DNA from: the human T2T-CHM13v2.0 reference genome, Homo sapiens
Length of the DNA: 64,000 nt
Assembly: GCF_009914755.1 (NCBI RefSeq)
Contig: NC_060926.1
Strand: one strand, 5' to 3'
The notes below the pieces were generated by a model. The model was not told where the DNA came from. It did not search any database and was given only the letters and a program-made list of their open reading frames with translations. Below are positions 39,792 through 55,345 of the stretch, one piece after another. Each line of letters opens with the position of its first letter. The stretch's first letter is position 1. A program made the position numbers and the translations under genes.

Positions 39792-39986
39792 CAGTGTTGC
39801 ATGAGCTTGAATATACCAGCTCACCTGAGTTAAATGCAACATTTTTTGGAATTTTGTAAGCTGGTTTATAAACTACTGGAAGCTTAAAATTTGCCATGCT
39901 GGGAATATTTACACAACTGAAATTGGCAAACACTACCTTTTTTGTTTGTCTGTTTTTCATAAAGCCGGTTTGCTAAGATACCATTG
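39792..39986. mobile_element. MER63-like hAT-Blackjack MITE
   Basis: cagtgttg...cattg termini; core gccatgctgggaatatttacacaactgaaattggcaaacactac. Confidence 0.75.
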
Positions 39987-42900
39987 GACAGAATGATAGA
40001 AAATATAGTTATTTGTTGATTATTTCTTGGAACTTATTTCTTCTGATCAACTATTAAATAAGCATATATCATGTTAATAAGAACTGAAAAATATTATATT
40101 TTAAAAAAACAAACACAAACCACATTTCTAATTTTTCGTGATTTTCTTTTTACTTTTTGATCCCTCAAAACAAGATCCTTTTTTCACATATATGATAGCA
40201 TCTTCAGTTTGGAGGAAGAATTGTATCTTGCTTACTAAAGGGTTTTCATGTTCTACAATCTCTATGACTTCATGAAAAAAAAGGACACTTCCAACATCTA
40301 CAAATTCTAGGTAAAAGCCTGTCAATAAATTCCTCATTTCTCAGATACACATTAAAACATGCTTTTAAAGGGCTAGAGAAAATGGGTTTATCTGTGGTGG
40401 GGAGAGAATTACTTTACATCTGGAGATGTCTAATTTAATTTTATGAAGTGGTAATACTAACACATGTTTTACACATTCTTCTGTCCTGTCAAAACCAATT
40501 TTTAATGTTTTAACTTGTCCTCATTAACATGGAAAAATTCTTTAGCATTGATACTCATTAGCTATTTTTCTGTTTTGCAATTCTAATTCCTCCCTGACAT
40601 TCTTAAATAGATCTACTGGTTTCTAATATTTGCGAAATGTGAACACATAAAGTTATGCACATTGAGCTGTCTAAAGCCATTTCTTTTTCATTTGTTATCA
40701 GTTCCTTATAAATTGTACTATTCACCAAACAGAACTCTTTGTTTTGTTCTAATCAATACATATTTTCTCTGAATGTCTTTCAAGTTATTGGACGCAGTCT
40801 TCTTAAATTTAATACCGCATTAATTAATTCAGTAATACATTAGGCTTTATTGACAAAAGAAAACAAACTTCAGGATTGATTGATTGATACCTTGACTAAA
40901 TTCACAAAGTATCTCAGATAGTTTGCAAGAACTTCACATTATTACTACCTTCTAGATTTAATCTATGGATCTTTAATTTGCTGGTAGCATTGGCAAGAGT
41001 TTGCAGGGAAACTGTTAAGAAGGTATCACACTAGTCCTGAACCAAGAACATGCCAAACCATCAAATCACATTCATTTTGTGGTCACAGTCTACGAACCAT
41101 TCCAATTCCTCCCCAAATTACCAGCCTCCCTCTCAAAGAAAATGCTACATAACTAAGACTGAACTGTTATTCTCTCTAGTCAACAGGAAGCTATTCTGGT
41201 ACGGATAGGTCTCTTCCAAATGATGAATTGAACCTCTAGGTATCGGTAACCTTGATGAGTTTACAAAAGTTTGTAGATTTCACCTTACATATTTATTAGT
41301 GGCCTTTATATTTCACCACAGAGAAGGCATTCTCTCTCATGAAATCTACCTGCTCCATGGTTTAATACTTGTCCCAATTGTAACTTTCCTAATTAATGTA
41401 GCTGAAGCACAGGTTATGCATCACTCTACCATCACTACTACCAGCACTGTATCATCACTGTACCATCATGCCCCATCTAGTCTATCATGTGCCCTGACAT
41501 CCCAATCCCTCCCCAGTGGATAGTACTTCAAAATCCTGTTCATCCTTTTACTGCTTTAAGGCTATTTTCCTGTTAGTTTGATTTGACTGACTCTGAGATC
41601 CTGAAGACAGTTTACACATTCAGCACAAAATTGAAGGCTGCCAAAACAAGAGAAAAAAAAAACTGGAGATCAATCTAATTAATAAATACCACATACCTCC
41701 TTTGCTCAAAGATGCTTACTACTGTCTGTATTTATGTATGAAATGTGTAACTCTTGGCCTTCATCAGATCTTGAAATATCTATTGATGCTGTCATTGTTT
41801 TAGAGCTTAAACCAGTTCTTAACTGGTTTAAACCAGATGTAAGATATAGAAGTCTATAAGCTGAAATAGATGGGTACCTATCAGTACATAAGAACAACTC
41901 ATGACCAGGGACAATTTAATGCACATTAGTTACCCTAATAATGAGTTTCATTGACCTGTTATCTGTCCTAAAGACATAAAATTATCTAAAATCAGGACAT
42001 TTTAATAGTGTCAATTACCATAATTAAGAATAATAACCTAATATTGGTCTCTTCACAACCAGATTGATCTAATTTCACAGGTTAGCTTTTTATCATGACC
42101 TGACACAGAATCTATACTTTGACTGCATCTGCAGAGGAACTCTCATAAGTGCCCTTTAACTATTCTTTCAGAGACAGGCATCATGCAGTTATCACTTCTC
42201 CTCCCTTATTCTTCTGGCATTTGTTCTTCTTGACCTATGGAATTTCTTGGATATACTGCACTCTAGCCATGGCTGTGAAGACCCATGTCAAATGGGAGAG
42301 GCTCTCTCAAAGTTTACAACACTTGAGTATTCAGGGACATCATTCAAAATGTGGACATATTATTTGTCTCTATGCCACTGTGTCAAACGTTGTCACTTGG
42401 GAAGCTAAGCAATACCACTTGTACACATGGCCCTCCCAGAATAGTTCACAAATACACACCCTTCAGATTCTGCTTGCAGTTCCTCACTTTGGAACTCAGA
42501 TACCAGTCATAATGGCACATTAGGCAGAGAAAATCCTACACTACTTTCTGTCTCTTCTCTTGCCAATAATCTTCTCAAATCTTCTATTCTCTATGCAAAC
42601 CAACTCATGGGATATGTCCCCTGCAGGCCACTCGGTAGAAACATTCCAGACAAATATACATCCACCTTAGTCTCAATTAGGACAATTTCCTGAATCTACA
42701 TTACAGTTCAGTAGGTCAGAACAACTAAGGCATGCATTTTTTCATCTTTCTTTTGCACTCCTTTATTTTTCTACTCCAGATTTGCATCAGGCTTGTCACC
42801 CCTGTTGTTATCAGATTATCTGAGTGTAGCAGGGGCAACAAGTTATTCTCGTAACCACTGATTTGCCCCAGATCCATATCCTCCTACCCAAGCTTGAATC

Positions 42901-43027
42901 TCCATTTACCACCAACCCAATTCAGCCTGCTTACCCTTGACATGAAGCCAATCTCATTGCTAGGTACTGCCCATGAAGTGTGCCTGGGCGTCTGTAAGCA
43001 TTTGGAGCTATAACATTTTCAGAGTGA

Positions 43028-43336
<309 letters not shown>

Positions 43337-44129
43337 TGAGAACAGCTTGAGATTGTGTTCCAGTCCCACGAATTGCTCTCTCAGTTTCAGTAGGAAATGA
43401 TTGTAGCTAGTTCTATTGCTTTCAGAAAATAAACACTTTAACAACTTGGAAACACCAAATCCAGTCTTATTAATGACAAAAGGCAAGGATGCAAATCAAA
43501 GATACAGTGAGGACTATTTTTTTCTGCATTCATCAAAAAAATCTATGAAATGGATATATTTTCTGAACACAATTTTCCATTTATTTGGAGAAAAAAATAC
43601 TAACTTCTGTCAAGGAATATTCCACATTTGGTCTCAAAAGGTTTATAAATGAAAATCAATCATACTTGAGAAATTGAGTTTTTTCATAGTTACTGGGTGA
43701 GAGGCATACTTTATGAAAGTAAATGGAGTTCTGTCTCAAGATAATGAGAATATAGTTGCCAAGAGAAACTGTGAAGTATTCCCTACAGATCTTTTTTCCT
43801 ACTTGATCCTATATCATGTAATTATTTTTGGAAAACTTTCAAAGTAGTGATGATTGTAATGCCATAAAATGAATAAAGGGGAGGGCAACAGTTCCCAATT
43901 AAGATCGGAAGAGTAATAAAAATGTAAAGAATATGAAGGCCCTGCCAGCTCAGTATTACATTTTGAGAAGCAAGTACTGAAACTTTTTATTTCAAATGCC
44001 AGCAATTATCTGCAGCTCTTAATATAGAGATGCTTTTCAGTTTCTTTTTTCTATTTTTTGTCTGCTTGGCCTAGAACTTTCTGTATATTTCTAATATGGG
44101 ATACTCTGTTCTTAGACTTCACTCTCCTT

Positions 44130-44560
44130 TCATCTTTCTTAAAACTATACTATATCCTTTCACAATTGCTTCTCTGACCATATCTTTGCATCTTTCATTA
44201 GCTCCTGTTCTTTCACTTCTTAGATTTGGAGCTATCCAAAGGTTCAGTCCTCTATGCTCTGCGATCTTTTAGTCACGGTCATTATCTACACTCAAAACAT
44301 CATAAATTCCCTGTGTGTTTGGGTCCCAAATCTTCATATTTAATCACTTTGAATTTCTCTTGGATGCCATCATGTCTTTGGGATTCATTTCTTGCTGAAA
44401 TGGCTTCTGTTTTTTTTTTTTTTTCTAAAGAAGCTTTCCCTGAACCCTCCTGTTGCAAAACAAGAACAATTTGTACATTGTAGTTTATTGCATATTCACA
44501 ATATGTTACAATCCTTTGATTGCAAAGCCTTGAATGTAAAGCAGTTGCCTTAGTTGGTAG
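44130..44560 (+). mobile_element. Degenerate L2 fragment
   Basis: ccaaaggttcagtcct, ggtcattatctacactc, agaagctttccctga, cttgaatgtaaagc. Confidence 0.5.
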
Positions 44561-47039
44561 CGGTATGTCATCTGGAACCTGCTAACAGGCCACTCATACA
44601 TGTACTCAAAAGGATAAACACACCTTTAAGTGTCACCATATTCCAAGGTCAGACAGGAAACAGGAGACTAATCTTAAAAATTAGCAACAAGGCCACTGTA
44701 TTCAGGATGGAAATTCTCAAGGGGATTTTTAGACAATATGTTTGGGCAATCTGCATTGATACAATGTGAGGTAGTTACCACCCACCGCAACGATGAGACT
44801 TAGGCTTACAAAATTGATAGAAGATAGAAATGCAAAGACCAAATTCATTTAAATAGCTATATATAGCCACCAAGAAATAAAATATGTATCTTCATTGATC
44901 AAGACATTATTTTTAACGCACATAAATGGAGTTTGAAGGTCAAATTATAATCAGAAGTCTAATCAAGTATGTATACAATTTCTACATTAAGAGGTATGTG
45001 AAAGCCTCTAGCCATTAAGAATCCTGCCAATGTTTGGGTCTTCAGTTTAACTTTTTTTTATGTTCCCACCTGAATAGCACATTTTCACTTTATTTATCAA
45101 TGCCTTCAACAAGATTAATGATGAATATTATCCTGGGACATTTCCTACCTTTAAAAAGAGATTTGAATGCGGATAACCTATTCTTTCTAGTGGCTGTTTT
45201 ACAAGTTAAAACTTAAAATTAAGTGTGAATCTTATTTTCTTATTTTAAAATTCATGCAGAGGAGTTAGGAGAAAGGGAGGAAACTGAGGATTCTCTATAT
45301 CTTCCCTTTGGCCGTTTTGCATCACAACTGGTAGTTCTTGATCATCTAGTACAATTCCTCAGTAAAAACATACTAGAAAATCAACAAATATGAGTGGAAA
45401 AACCTAAGAAAAAATAATTGGATTAATTTCTTATCTTTTTGTTAAATATGAACCCCTAGAGTATTGTAATTATGATAATTGCTGAAAAAGACACTGACAT
45501 AGATTGTCGTTGCATTTCTACCACTTTATAGGGCTAATCATGTCTCCGTTATGTACTCGGACATTGGGAATTGTTTTATTATTATTGTTATGCTCATATG
45601 GGGCAAGAAATGAAACAGAAACCTATTAACTTAGAGATAAGCTTTCTTAGAAAGGTGTTTTGTTTTTTTTGTGGGGGGATGGGGAGTGAGCAATGAAGTA
45701 CAGAAGAAATATTTCAAATGTTTTATTTTTTGAATCCGTAATTTAAAGCAATAGTACTCACTTAAGCTGTGGAAAGTCCTATATTTTTTGTCCAGTTTTG
45801 CATTCTATTATTAAGCTTAATTTAAGGGAGAATAGAAAGGTAATAATGGATTAAAATGTGTTATTTTATATTGATCTATCCTGATTTCATTATTTAAGTG
45901 TAGAAAGCTTTTCCTTGCATCTCTTACAACTATGTTAAATATGTAAATACTCTGAGTAAAATATGTCTCTACCCCACTTATAATTTAGCCAATAAATCAT
46001 TGACTATTTATGAGTACATAATATGTGTCTGATCCTGACCTTGGTAGTGAAGATATATCATTTTTACAAAGAAATAAAACATATAAGGTACTCAATAATG
46101 AGTGTAGAAGTTAACAGGCATTCAACCTTCACAGAATTGCCAAATGCTGGTATAAGTAGTGTTTCTTCAGCTCCCACACACATACACGATCACCAGGAAT
46201 TGGATCTTTTCCCTCAAGAGCCACAGCATAGTAAGTAGTACATGATCATGGACTTGGTTTTTCCCAATAACCTTGAAATGACAGAACCACAGAAAATAAT
46301 ATCTAAGTGATTATCCCTAGTATTTAAGAAAATAACGCATTTCGAATCTACAAAATATTGACAGTATGGATGTAGGCTCATATTAGTAAGCACGAATTTG
46401 AGAAAGAGATGGAAAAAAATGCCAGAAGAAGGTTTTGTAGCACAAAGTCCTCAAATAGACTTGAGTTCCAGGTGTGGGTTGCTGTGCAGACAAGCATGTC
46501 CATTTAAAGTATATGCATTGGCTCAGGACATGCTGGTAGAATATAAGAGCATGAAATAATCCTAGTGGAGTTCAGATACACTGCCAAGATCTTATCAACT
46601 TGTTACCTGTGAGACTAGTTTGCTTAGGCCTTGCTTCAACAGAACATGCCATCCAGGCATTAGCATAACTGAATGTCTTATTCTGGGTACCCCTTGGCCC
46701 AGCAACTATTTAGCACTGTTTTCCAGATTTAAGCATCTCTGAGATATCATTAAACCTACATCAAGCCACCTAGCACCTATATTAGCATAGCTGTCATTCA
46801 TTCCAAAGTCAGTCATGGAAAGTTAAAAATACTTCACTGAAGTTTGCCATGCTCCAGCTTTTTCTTTCCAGTGGCCTCTACCAATGTCCTGGGACACAGC
46901 ACAAGTTCTATGTGTCTACCAGAAATTAGCATGTTTGATTATTTTGTGTAATTCATTCTTGCATCCCCAACAACAACACACTTCTCATAAAGCCAATTCT
47001 TCATTGTTCTATACCAGTTATTATCAACATATGGTCCCT

Positions 47040-47184
47040 AGACCAGCAACACCACTATTACCTCTTAACTCATTAATAATACAAATTATCAAGTTCCATT
47101 CTAGACCTATGGAATAGAAACTCTGGAGGTAGGGCCCAGCCATCTGTGTCAAAACAATTGCAAAATTTTAAGAACCACTGCTCT
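47040..47184. mobile_element. MER5A-like MITE fragment
   Basis: agacctatggaatagaaactctggaggtagggcccagccatctgtgt...tttaagaaccactgctcta. Confidence 0.8.
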
Positions 47185-47386
47185 ATATCATGCTACATGA
47201 AATAGACAAGCCATTAGCAATGCATAAACAGCAATAGATGTTGTACCATCGTTTTACATTTGTTATTATATATTGGTAACTTCCAAATATTAGTAAATCT
47301 AAAACACTTAGAGATGAGGACACCTACAAAGTTGAGAAAGTCCAACAATTGGGGAAATCCAAGTACTAACTAGACAATAAAATGCT

Positions 47387-47651
47387 GACAGGGCACATTG
47401 GCTCATGCCTGTAATCCCAACAATTTGGGAGGCCAAGGCAGGAGTATCACTTGAAGTCAGGAGTTTGAAACTAGCTTGGGCAATAAGGCAAGACCTTATC
47501 GCCACAAAAATAAAATAAAATAAAATATTGTAAAATAAAATAAACTAGGTACAGTGGTATGCACCTGTAGTCCCAGCTACTTGGGAGACTGTGGCAGGAA
47601 GACTGTTTGATCCCAGGGGTTTGAGGTTATTGTGAGCATGATATAACATGC
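47387..47651 (+). mobile_element. Old Alu (AluJ-like), 3'-truncated, expanded (TAAAA)n linker
   Basis: gggcaataaggcaagacc and ggtttgaggtt..tgtgagc are AluJ-type; no tail. Confidence 0.92.
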
Positions 47652-50323
47652 ATTTAAAGAGCAATAATGTCAAATTTGAAATTAAGAGTCCCTACCTTCA
47701 GAACCTGCATAAGATATGCGCACTGTTAGATAAGTTGAGGGATTTACAAGATTGTTGTAGGAGTGGAATATAATAACCCATGGAAGTTCCTAAAATGTCT
47801 TTTAAGAACTAATTATCTGGAAGATAATGAATACTCCACATATACTTCTAGAAACTAAATCTTGATTCTTTTCTTTCCTTTGCTGGCATAGACCTAGATT
47901 AATTTTTGAGCTTTTATTGCCCAGTTTTCTATTTCAATCTGTATGGTATCCATTTTACTGAAGCAGCAAAACAACTTTCCCTTGAATATTGGATGTACAT
48001 TCTGAAGAGACAGATGCAAATGTCCAGGAACTCTTCAGGATTCTGCATTTGGATCTGTATGTAAGATAAAACATGTAGGAAATTCTAGTTGGCAGTACTC
48101 TAGTGGCAAAAGATCTGAAGAAACAAAGATTGTCATTGTTGTTATTTTTCCTGGACACTGGCACTTCATTTCTTTTACCAAATGAACTTAATAACTGCCT
48201 AATATAGATAAAAGTATGTAAGGAAATTCTTATTTACTTGTGCAACCATATTATATCATTGGCTTTCTACAAGTAGGAGATGATAGAAGCCCCAAAGTTA
48301 AGAAATGATACGGTCTCTACAAAAAATTCAGAAATCTTGAAGAAATCAGAATTAGAGTACATACATAAGTTGAATAGAAGTCAAATACTAAAAATTAAGA
48401 AAGTAAGCAAGCAGGTGAGACACCTAAAAATGAAACCCAGAACTCAAATCACTGGCCTGCATATATGTGGTTTAAGATTCCTGTCTGAGGGAGGTCAATG
48501 TGATTTAAGCTCTTTTACAGAGGAGGAAACTAAGGTTAGACGAACTGGTGTATACAGAGTAGGGAAAATTGAGTCCTATATGTCACATATATTTTCCTTT
48601 ACATGATCTATGTTACTGCTCTACTTATATGTTATAGCTGACCTTCCTGTATCTAAAGCCTGTCCTCTGCCTTCCCAGATCAACATCATTTTGTGTTATT
48701 ATTTTAGAAATATTAAAGCAAATTTTATAATTTTTATTGAAACATATTACATTAAACCTATTATTTACTATTAATTCTTAGAACAAATGTATTAATGTAC
48801 TATGCTAACTCAATACTGTGACACTGAAGGATTAATTCTATTCATTAATTCCAACAATCTTGGAATCTTTACCAGAATTTGTCACTATCATCAGCCATAA
48901 AATTAAGATTAAATTTAGAATGCAGTATTACTGCTATGAAGGGAATTCCTAAGCAATGGGAGAGATCATTTGACATTAAAAGAAGACAAAGCAGGATACT
49001 TTAATAGAGTAATGTGTATTCACACAGTCTATTAAAACACATAAACCTATTTCATTCATGTATTATGTTTAGGTGTCTATTATGCAAAATATTTATTCCT
49101 CCCCTAAAAAAAAATCACACTTTAGTAGGAAAGACAAGAGTAACAAACACTAAAGGTGGAAAACTATGTAATTTTAGAAAGATGCCAAAAAGTTGTCCAG
49201 AGACAATTGCATGAAAGAAAAAAATTAGTCAGGGGCAGTATTCTAATCACTCAATATGAAATCTTATGGACATTAGAAGCAGAATTATTTCACAGAGGAA
49301 AAAAAGGAGGTATTCAGAAAGAGGATAGAAAGCAAAATGTAAAGGACGAACACAGTCAGGGCCTGATGTCTTTTTTTGGTGTAGAAGAGGTATATGGATC
49401 TTCCGAATTCTGCGTGGCCTCAAATAATCACAAAATAGTCAACCCTACGGGAAAGGGAGAGGTAGGCAGAAAGTTTTGCCATCACTGATCTTTCCCATTA
49501 GTGAAACTTAAAGGTGGTGTTTCTCTCAAATCCCTTCTAGTCAATCATGGCTAAGGGCTTCCAAGTGACCTTGGCAATCTGGCCTCTCCCACACTGGGTG
49601 TCCTTTACCCAGTCCCTGAGAAGCTTAGGGAGAAGAGTGAAAGAGAAAACAGGAAAGCAAAAACAACTTCAAAATTTCTGCCTTCAGCTAAGTCTGGGAT
49701 TGTCCAAGCTGCCTCTAATGTGGTGTCAGCCAAGGCTCCCACTCTTTGCAGAAAAGTTAGCTGCTATAGGAGCTTGGAAAATTAGACCAGAGTAGTTGAA
49801 ACTGACAATGGTTCAATATATTGTCACAAAGTCAAGATACATACTTATTGGAAAACAGTCATTTCGTATTGTTTCACTATGTAATTATCATTGTCATGGG
49901 TGGATCAAACATTCTGTGAGATTTCATTTCAAATTTATACTATATTTCTAAAATGCACTCCTGCAAGGACCCACTACTTTGTATTCTCTTTCCAACTCCC
50001 CCTCCTATCAGTATCTTTAACTTCAAAGATACCAGTTCATCTAATATCTGTACTTATTCAGTGTTTACACAGATAGCTTTGTATGTTGGAAGGTCAGAAC
50101 ATATCAGCATGGTTCATCTGTGATGTCACGCCCTCCTTCTGCTTTGTCCTTTTATGAATACATTTAACAGGCTGCTTGCAAATGAGCACAATTAAATAAA
50201 ATAAAAACTGAGGAAAAACTCCGCTAAATTGTTAATACTCTAAGGGAAGCTGACATCTGTCTTGCACCAACAACTGTTGAGGAACATCTGTGTAAAGCTA
50301 GGAGGATACTATGGAGTTGTGTT

Positions 50324-50574
50324 TTGAGCTTTATTTAGTCTCTGAGTTGTTACTATTGGCAGATATTGGCTGGATATTTTTAATGTCATTCTCTAATGAT
50401 TGAAACATACAAGCCATTGAAAAGTATAATAAAACAAATATCCTTGAGCTTTATTTAGTTTTTATTTAGTCTCTGAGTTGTTACCATTGGCAGATATTGG
50501 CTGGATATTTTTAATGTCATTCTCTAATGATTGAAACATACAAGCCATTGTAAAATATAATAAAACAAATATCC
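50324..50574. repeat. 120-bp tandem duplication
   Basis: Units start at 50324 and 50444 (ttgagctttatttagt...aaaacaaatatcc); 3 substitutions plus an 11-bp nested duplication in copy 2. Confidence 0.97.
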
Positions 50575-50724
50575 TTGAATATATTGCCAAAATTGAAAAA
50601 CAAAAAACTTGCCTATATATTTGAAAGATTCTCAGACTCATTCACCACAACCACTCTCTTCCTTTTCAAGGGTAACTACTGCCCTCACATTATTGATTTT
50701 TATCCCCAAGTGTCTGTTAGCACT

Positions 50725-51400
50725 TTTTTGACAGCATTTCTGAGAATGCAATTCACATACTATGCAACTTACCACAATTTTAAGCGATGCAATTCGATAG
50801 CTTTTAGTATGTTCACACTTTTACAATCTTTTTGTCTATTTTCTGCCTCTGTAGATTTGCCTATTGTGGACATTTCATATAAATAAAATATTAATATATG
50901 GTGATATGTGATTGAGCTTCTGTCACAGATGATAACTTTTTAAGGTTCATCTATGTTGTAACATGTGTCAGTATTTCATTTATTTTAATTGCAAATAATT
51001 TCCCATTGTGTAGATACATCACACTTTATTCAGCCACTCATCAGTTCATAGACATTTTGGGTTGTTTCTACTTTTTAGCAATTATGATTAATGATGCTAG
51101 GAAGAGTCATACAAAATTTTGTATGAACATGAACATGTTCTCATTTATCTTGGGTATATACCTGGGAGTGGAATTGTTGCATCATATGATTCCATGTATT
51201 TAACCATTTAAGGAGCTGTTACACTGATTTCTAACATGGCTGTACTGTTTTACTTTTTCATCAAAAATGCATGAGTTTCCTTTTCTCCATATCTCTGCCA
51301 AAAAGTGTTATTATCTGTCTTTTCTGAGTATAGCCATCCTAGTTGGTAAGATGTGGTATTTCATTATGGTTTTTATTTTCATTTTCCTGATAGCTAATAA
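50725..51400 (-). mobile_element. L1MB-like 3' end
   Basis: acagcatttctgagaatgcaattcacatac, gatttgcctattgtggacatttcatataaat, tcttgggtatatacctgggagtggaattg, atagccatcctagt. Confidence 0.9.
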
Positions 51401-51737
51401 TTACTTATATTACATATTTTAGTATTCTTAACATAGTATTATTATATAATTTGTAAAACATTGTATAGATTTAAGCCAAATGAAACACCATTTCTAACAT
51501 TACTTTTTCATCCAAAATTTTATTTTTGAAATTCAACATGTCAATATATTTGGTTGTCATTCACTTATTTTTTACTGCTCTCTAGTATTCTGTTTTATGG
51601 ATGTAACCATTTAATCATTCTTCTGTCTGTTAATGACTGCTAAAGTTGTTATCAATATCAGTTATTGTCTACAGTGCTGCTAGGAGCACTGTTATTCATG
51701 CCTCTTTGTGCTCACATGCCAGAATACTCCCAGGGTT

Positions 51738-51841
51738 TAGGGTAGTCAACTTTTGCCAGCTTGCCTTCTGATTTTAGCACTGCAAATCTCTTGTCTGGGA
51801 AATCATTAGTTCCAAGTAAACCAGTTCTGTTGGTCACCCTA
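51738..51841. mobile_element. MER81-like hAT-Blackjack MITE within an old L1ME fragment (~51440-52000)
   Basis: Terminal inverted repeats tagggtagtcaac / gttggtcacccta, ~105 bp. Confidence 0.75.
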
Positions 51842-53556
51842 TCCCTGGCATATAATTAGATGTGGAATTGTGAGATCTTGAGCTGTGTGAGATAAAGTCA
51901 CATTCTCCTTCACTGTGGTTTCACCAATTAACATTCCCACCAACAGGGTTAAGAGTTATGGTCTCTTTACAACCTTATTAATTGTAATGTTTGGCCATTT
52001 GTCTTGTTTAGTGATACAGCAAAACTCCAGGGTAACATGTTCCTTTAAAACTTTAGGTCACATATAATTGGATTAATAATCCTTTCTCTTCTCTGCTTTT
52101 CCCTTGCCCAATGAATTGAAATCTTATCATCTTATCTTCTGGTTAGGATAGGAGAAATAGGACAGACCACTCCACCTCTAAAAATGTATAGAAAAGGCTG
52201 GGTTTTCATATCCCCCTGTATTCTGTAGGTTCACACTCCCTAAATCTGCTGGTTAAAAAAATGATCTCTAGAATCTCAGCCAACTACAGATTCCAGAAAT
52301 GACCCTTTAAAAAATGAATAGAGAATGGCAGCTGGGTCAGCATGATGTTACACTACATGTCCTGACCCTGGAACTTCTGTGGCTATTTCAATTAACTCAT
52401 TGCATCATATTAACAAATACTGAAATTTTACACAATTGTAAGTATTTTACCTCACTATGACTTTATGACAGGTTTTACTCTATATTATAATCATAAGCAC
52501 ACATGCATATGAATATATGTGAGTATATATGATTTTGTATTTATTTTTTAATATAAATGGATTACAGATAATTTCGTGTGGTTGTCTTTGTGTTACATAC
52601 TTTGAAACATATGCTAATATAATATACAAAATACATTTTCTTATTCGAAATTGCTAATTCCACAACATCCTTTGGATTCCCTCTTCCTCCTTGCCATGAC
52701 CATTATGAGCAATATTGTCTTGTGTATGCACTAATGTAATTAATCTCAACTATATTATGGTTTATGGTTACTCCACATTCACTTTTTCATGCACACATAC
52801 ACACAATACACACACATGCATGTGCACGCACACACATTTATTCCAAACTACTTTCTACTTTTCTGCAAGGGTCATTGATAAAACTTCACCATGTAAAACT
52901 ATAACATATCTGCAGGTGCTAACCAGGCTGAATACTATATAATTTTGAAATAAGATTAAAACAGATATGTTCACAGAAGTACATCTTTACTACATGTTTT
53001 AAGTTCACAGAGTAAATCACTATAATGAAAATATATGTGTGATGCCATTCAATGTATCACTTAAAAATACTTATTTCCAGTGATATAACTATTTGTGGAG
53101 GGAGGTCACTGTACATGTGACTGTAACATCGAGCTATTTTTGAGAGTGTTCATATTTTCAAATTCTTATATTTCAAACCTAAATAGCTACACTTTACACA
53201 AAAAATAGTAAAGGCTTCATTCTAACTATTATTGTGAGAGTGGACATCAGCACACAGACTTAATAGTTCAAGCAGAAAAAAAAAAAAGAGAGAGAGAGAG
53301 ATTCCTAGATTCTGAGATTTGTACTACCACTCCCACGACATCACTCCCTTGGGTTGTTAAAAATTATCTTAGCACTTTGAACAGGTGAATAATCCCACTG
53401 ACCTTCTGATAAAAGTAATTACATGCTGTGAATGAAAGTTAATTTTAGTATCAATTTATTGTCAAACTCTTCCAATTGTGAATAGCAAAATGTACACGTC
53501 TTTTTTGTTCCTCTGGGTTGCTAAGTCAACATTTAGAAAGTTTTTTTTTTTTTTTT

Positions 53557-53899
<343 letters not shown>

Positions 53900-54828
53900 T
53901 CAGACTGTTGTTATTATTTCTAGTGAGATCCCAAACCACAGACTAGTGTTAGGAATGGGATGGATACATGGTAACACTGCAGTGTGTTCCAAAATATAAT
54001 TTCTGGTTTACTTGAGGTAGGAATTCATTCTAGATCCATCAGTTGCAGATTTTCAAATCGGGGATGGCAGTGAGCCAAACAGAGTGGTATCAGGTAGAAA
54101 TCTAACAAATCACTCACTCAAGATGGCATCTGCAAAATCTGTGAGGCAAACACTTATAATTTACGATCGTATTTTGTTGCTGGATTGGCTCTGTCAAGAA
54201 AAGTCTGAGTAGAAACCACAAAAGATAATAAATTTACATACTGCTGTGATTTGAAAATACGTGGCTGATTCTTCAAATACTAGCATCAATTGTCCTATAA
54301 TTGTAATATCCTTCCTCCAAGTGTTCCTGTATCTTCTATTATCTTCTATTTTCTTAAATGTAAAAAAGAAATTTTATAAACATTGTCCTATCTGATGTTT
54401 TTCTGAACAAAACAGTAAAATAGATACATAAGAAATTCATATTTCTATTATCTAACACAATTATGGGCATCTTTTTCTGATAACTAGGTTACTCATCACT
54501 ATGGGGTACATTTAGATTAAAATATCAGTACAAGGTGCTCTTTATTTCTGGACACTTCTATTGGGTTGTAACAGAGTGCTATGTGTTAATTCCAATATAT
54601 TGCTAAATTTAGTTGTGAAGTAGCCTTTGAACTAATTGATATCCTTTCCCAGTGGTTTGGTGACATTAATCCCCTACATTGCCATTTAAAGTATATCTAA
54701 ATGTGACCACTAAATTATAATGTTTGATTATTTTCAACAGATTAATCAAAGATTACAGAATACTAGAGGTGAAAGAAAATTTACAGTAGTCTGTTCTATT
54801 TTTCCATCTCCCCTCCAATAAAAAATTT

Positions 54829-54834
<6 letters not shown>

Positions 54835-54859
<25 letters not shown>

Positions 54860-54873
54860 TGCACGTGCACGCA
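54835..54873. repeat. (CA)n microsatellite
   Basis: acacac... followed by atgcacgtgcacgca. Confidence 0.95.
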
Positions 54874-55237
54874 CTTTCTCAGATGAGTTACAGCTTCTCT
54901 TTGATTTCCATAGTCCAAGTCATGATAAAAATTTCAAACTCAAAGGTTAAAAAAGGACAGAAATAAAAATTCTACAAGAAGAAAATAGAATGAGACACAG
55001 AAATTGAAGTCAAGCAAATCGATGATAGTGACTTTGCAGCCAATACAAGATTAAGTGCTAAGAGAGTGGAACAAAATAGAGAACTGTTGTTTCCTTCAGT
55101 CTGAAGCTTTTCTTGGATTTACTTTTTTTTCAATAAATATTGAGTTATATTTCAACTATTAATTACCTTTTAGTAGTGGTATGAGATTTATTTTTTTTTT
55201 TTGCCATCGATGGCATCTTTAGTTCTAAAAAGTATGG

Positions 55238-55345
55238 TATCATGATCCCCATTTTATAGACAAGGAAACAGAGGACAAAGAGGCTAAATACTGGAGCCTA
55301 GACTGGATCCCAGCAGTATAACTGACTACTCAGCATTGTATTTCC
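55238..55345 (-). mobile_element. MIR fragment
   Basis: atccccattttatagacaaggaaacagagg core. Confidence 0.75.

Noticed and set aside
40128-40337. Minus-strand ORF with an acceptor-like site (ttttacctag)
   Set aside because: No recognisable homology and no clear donor; unsupported without RNA data.
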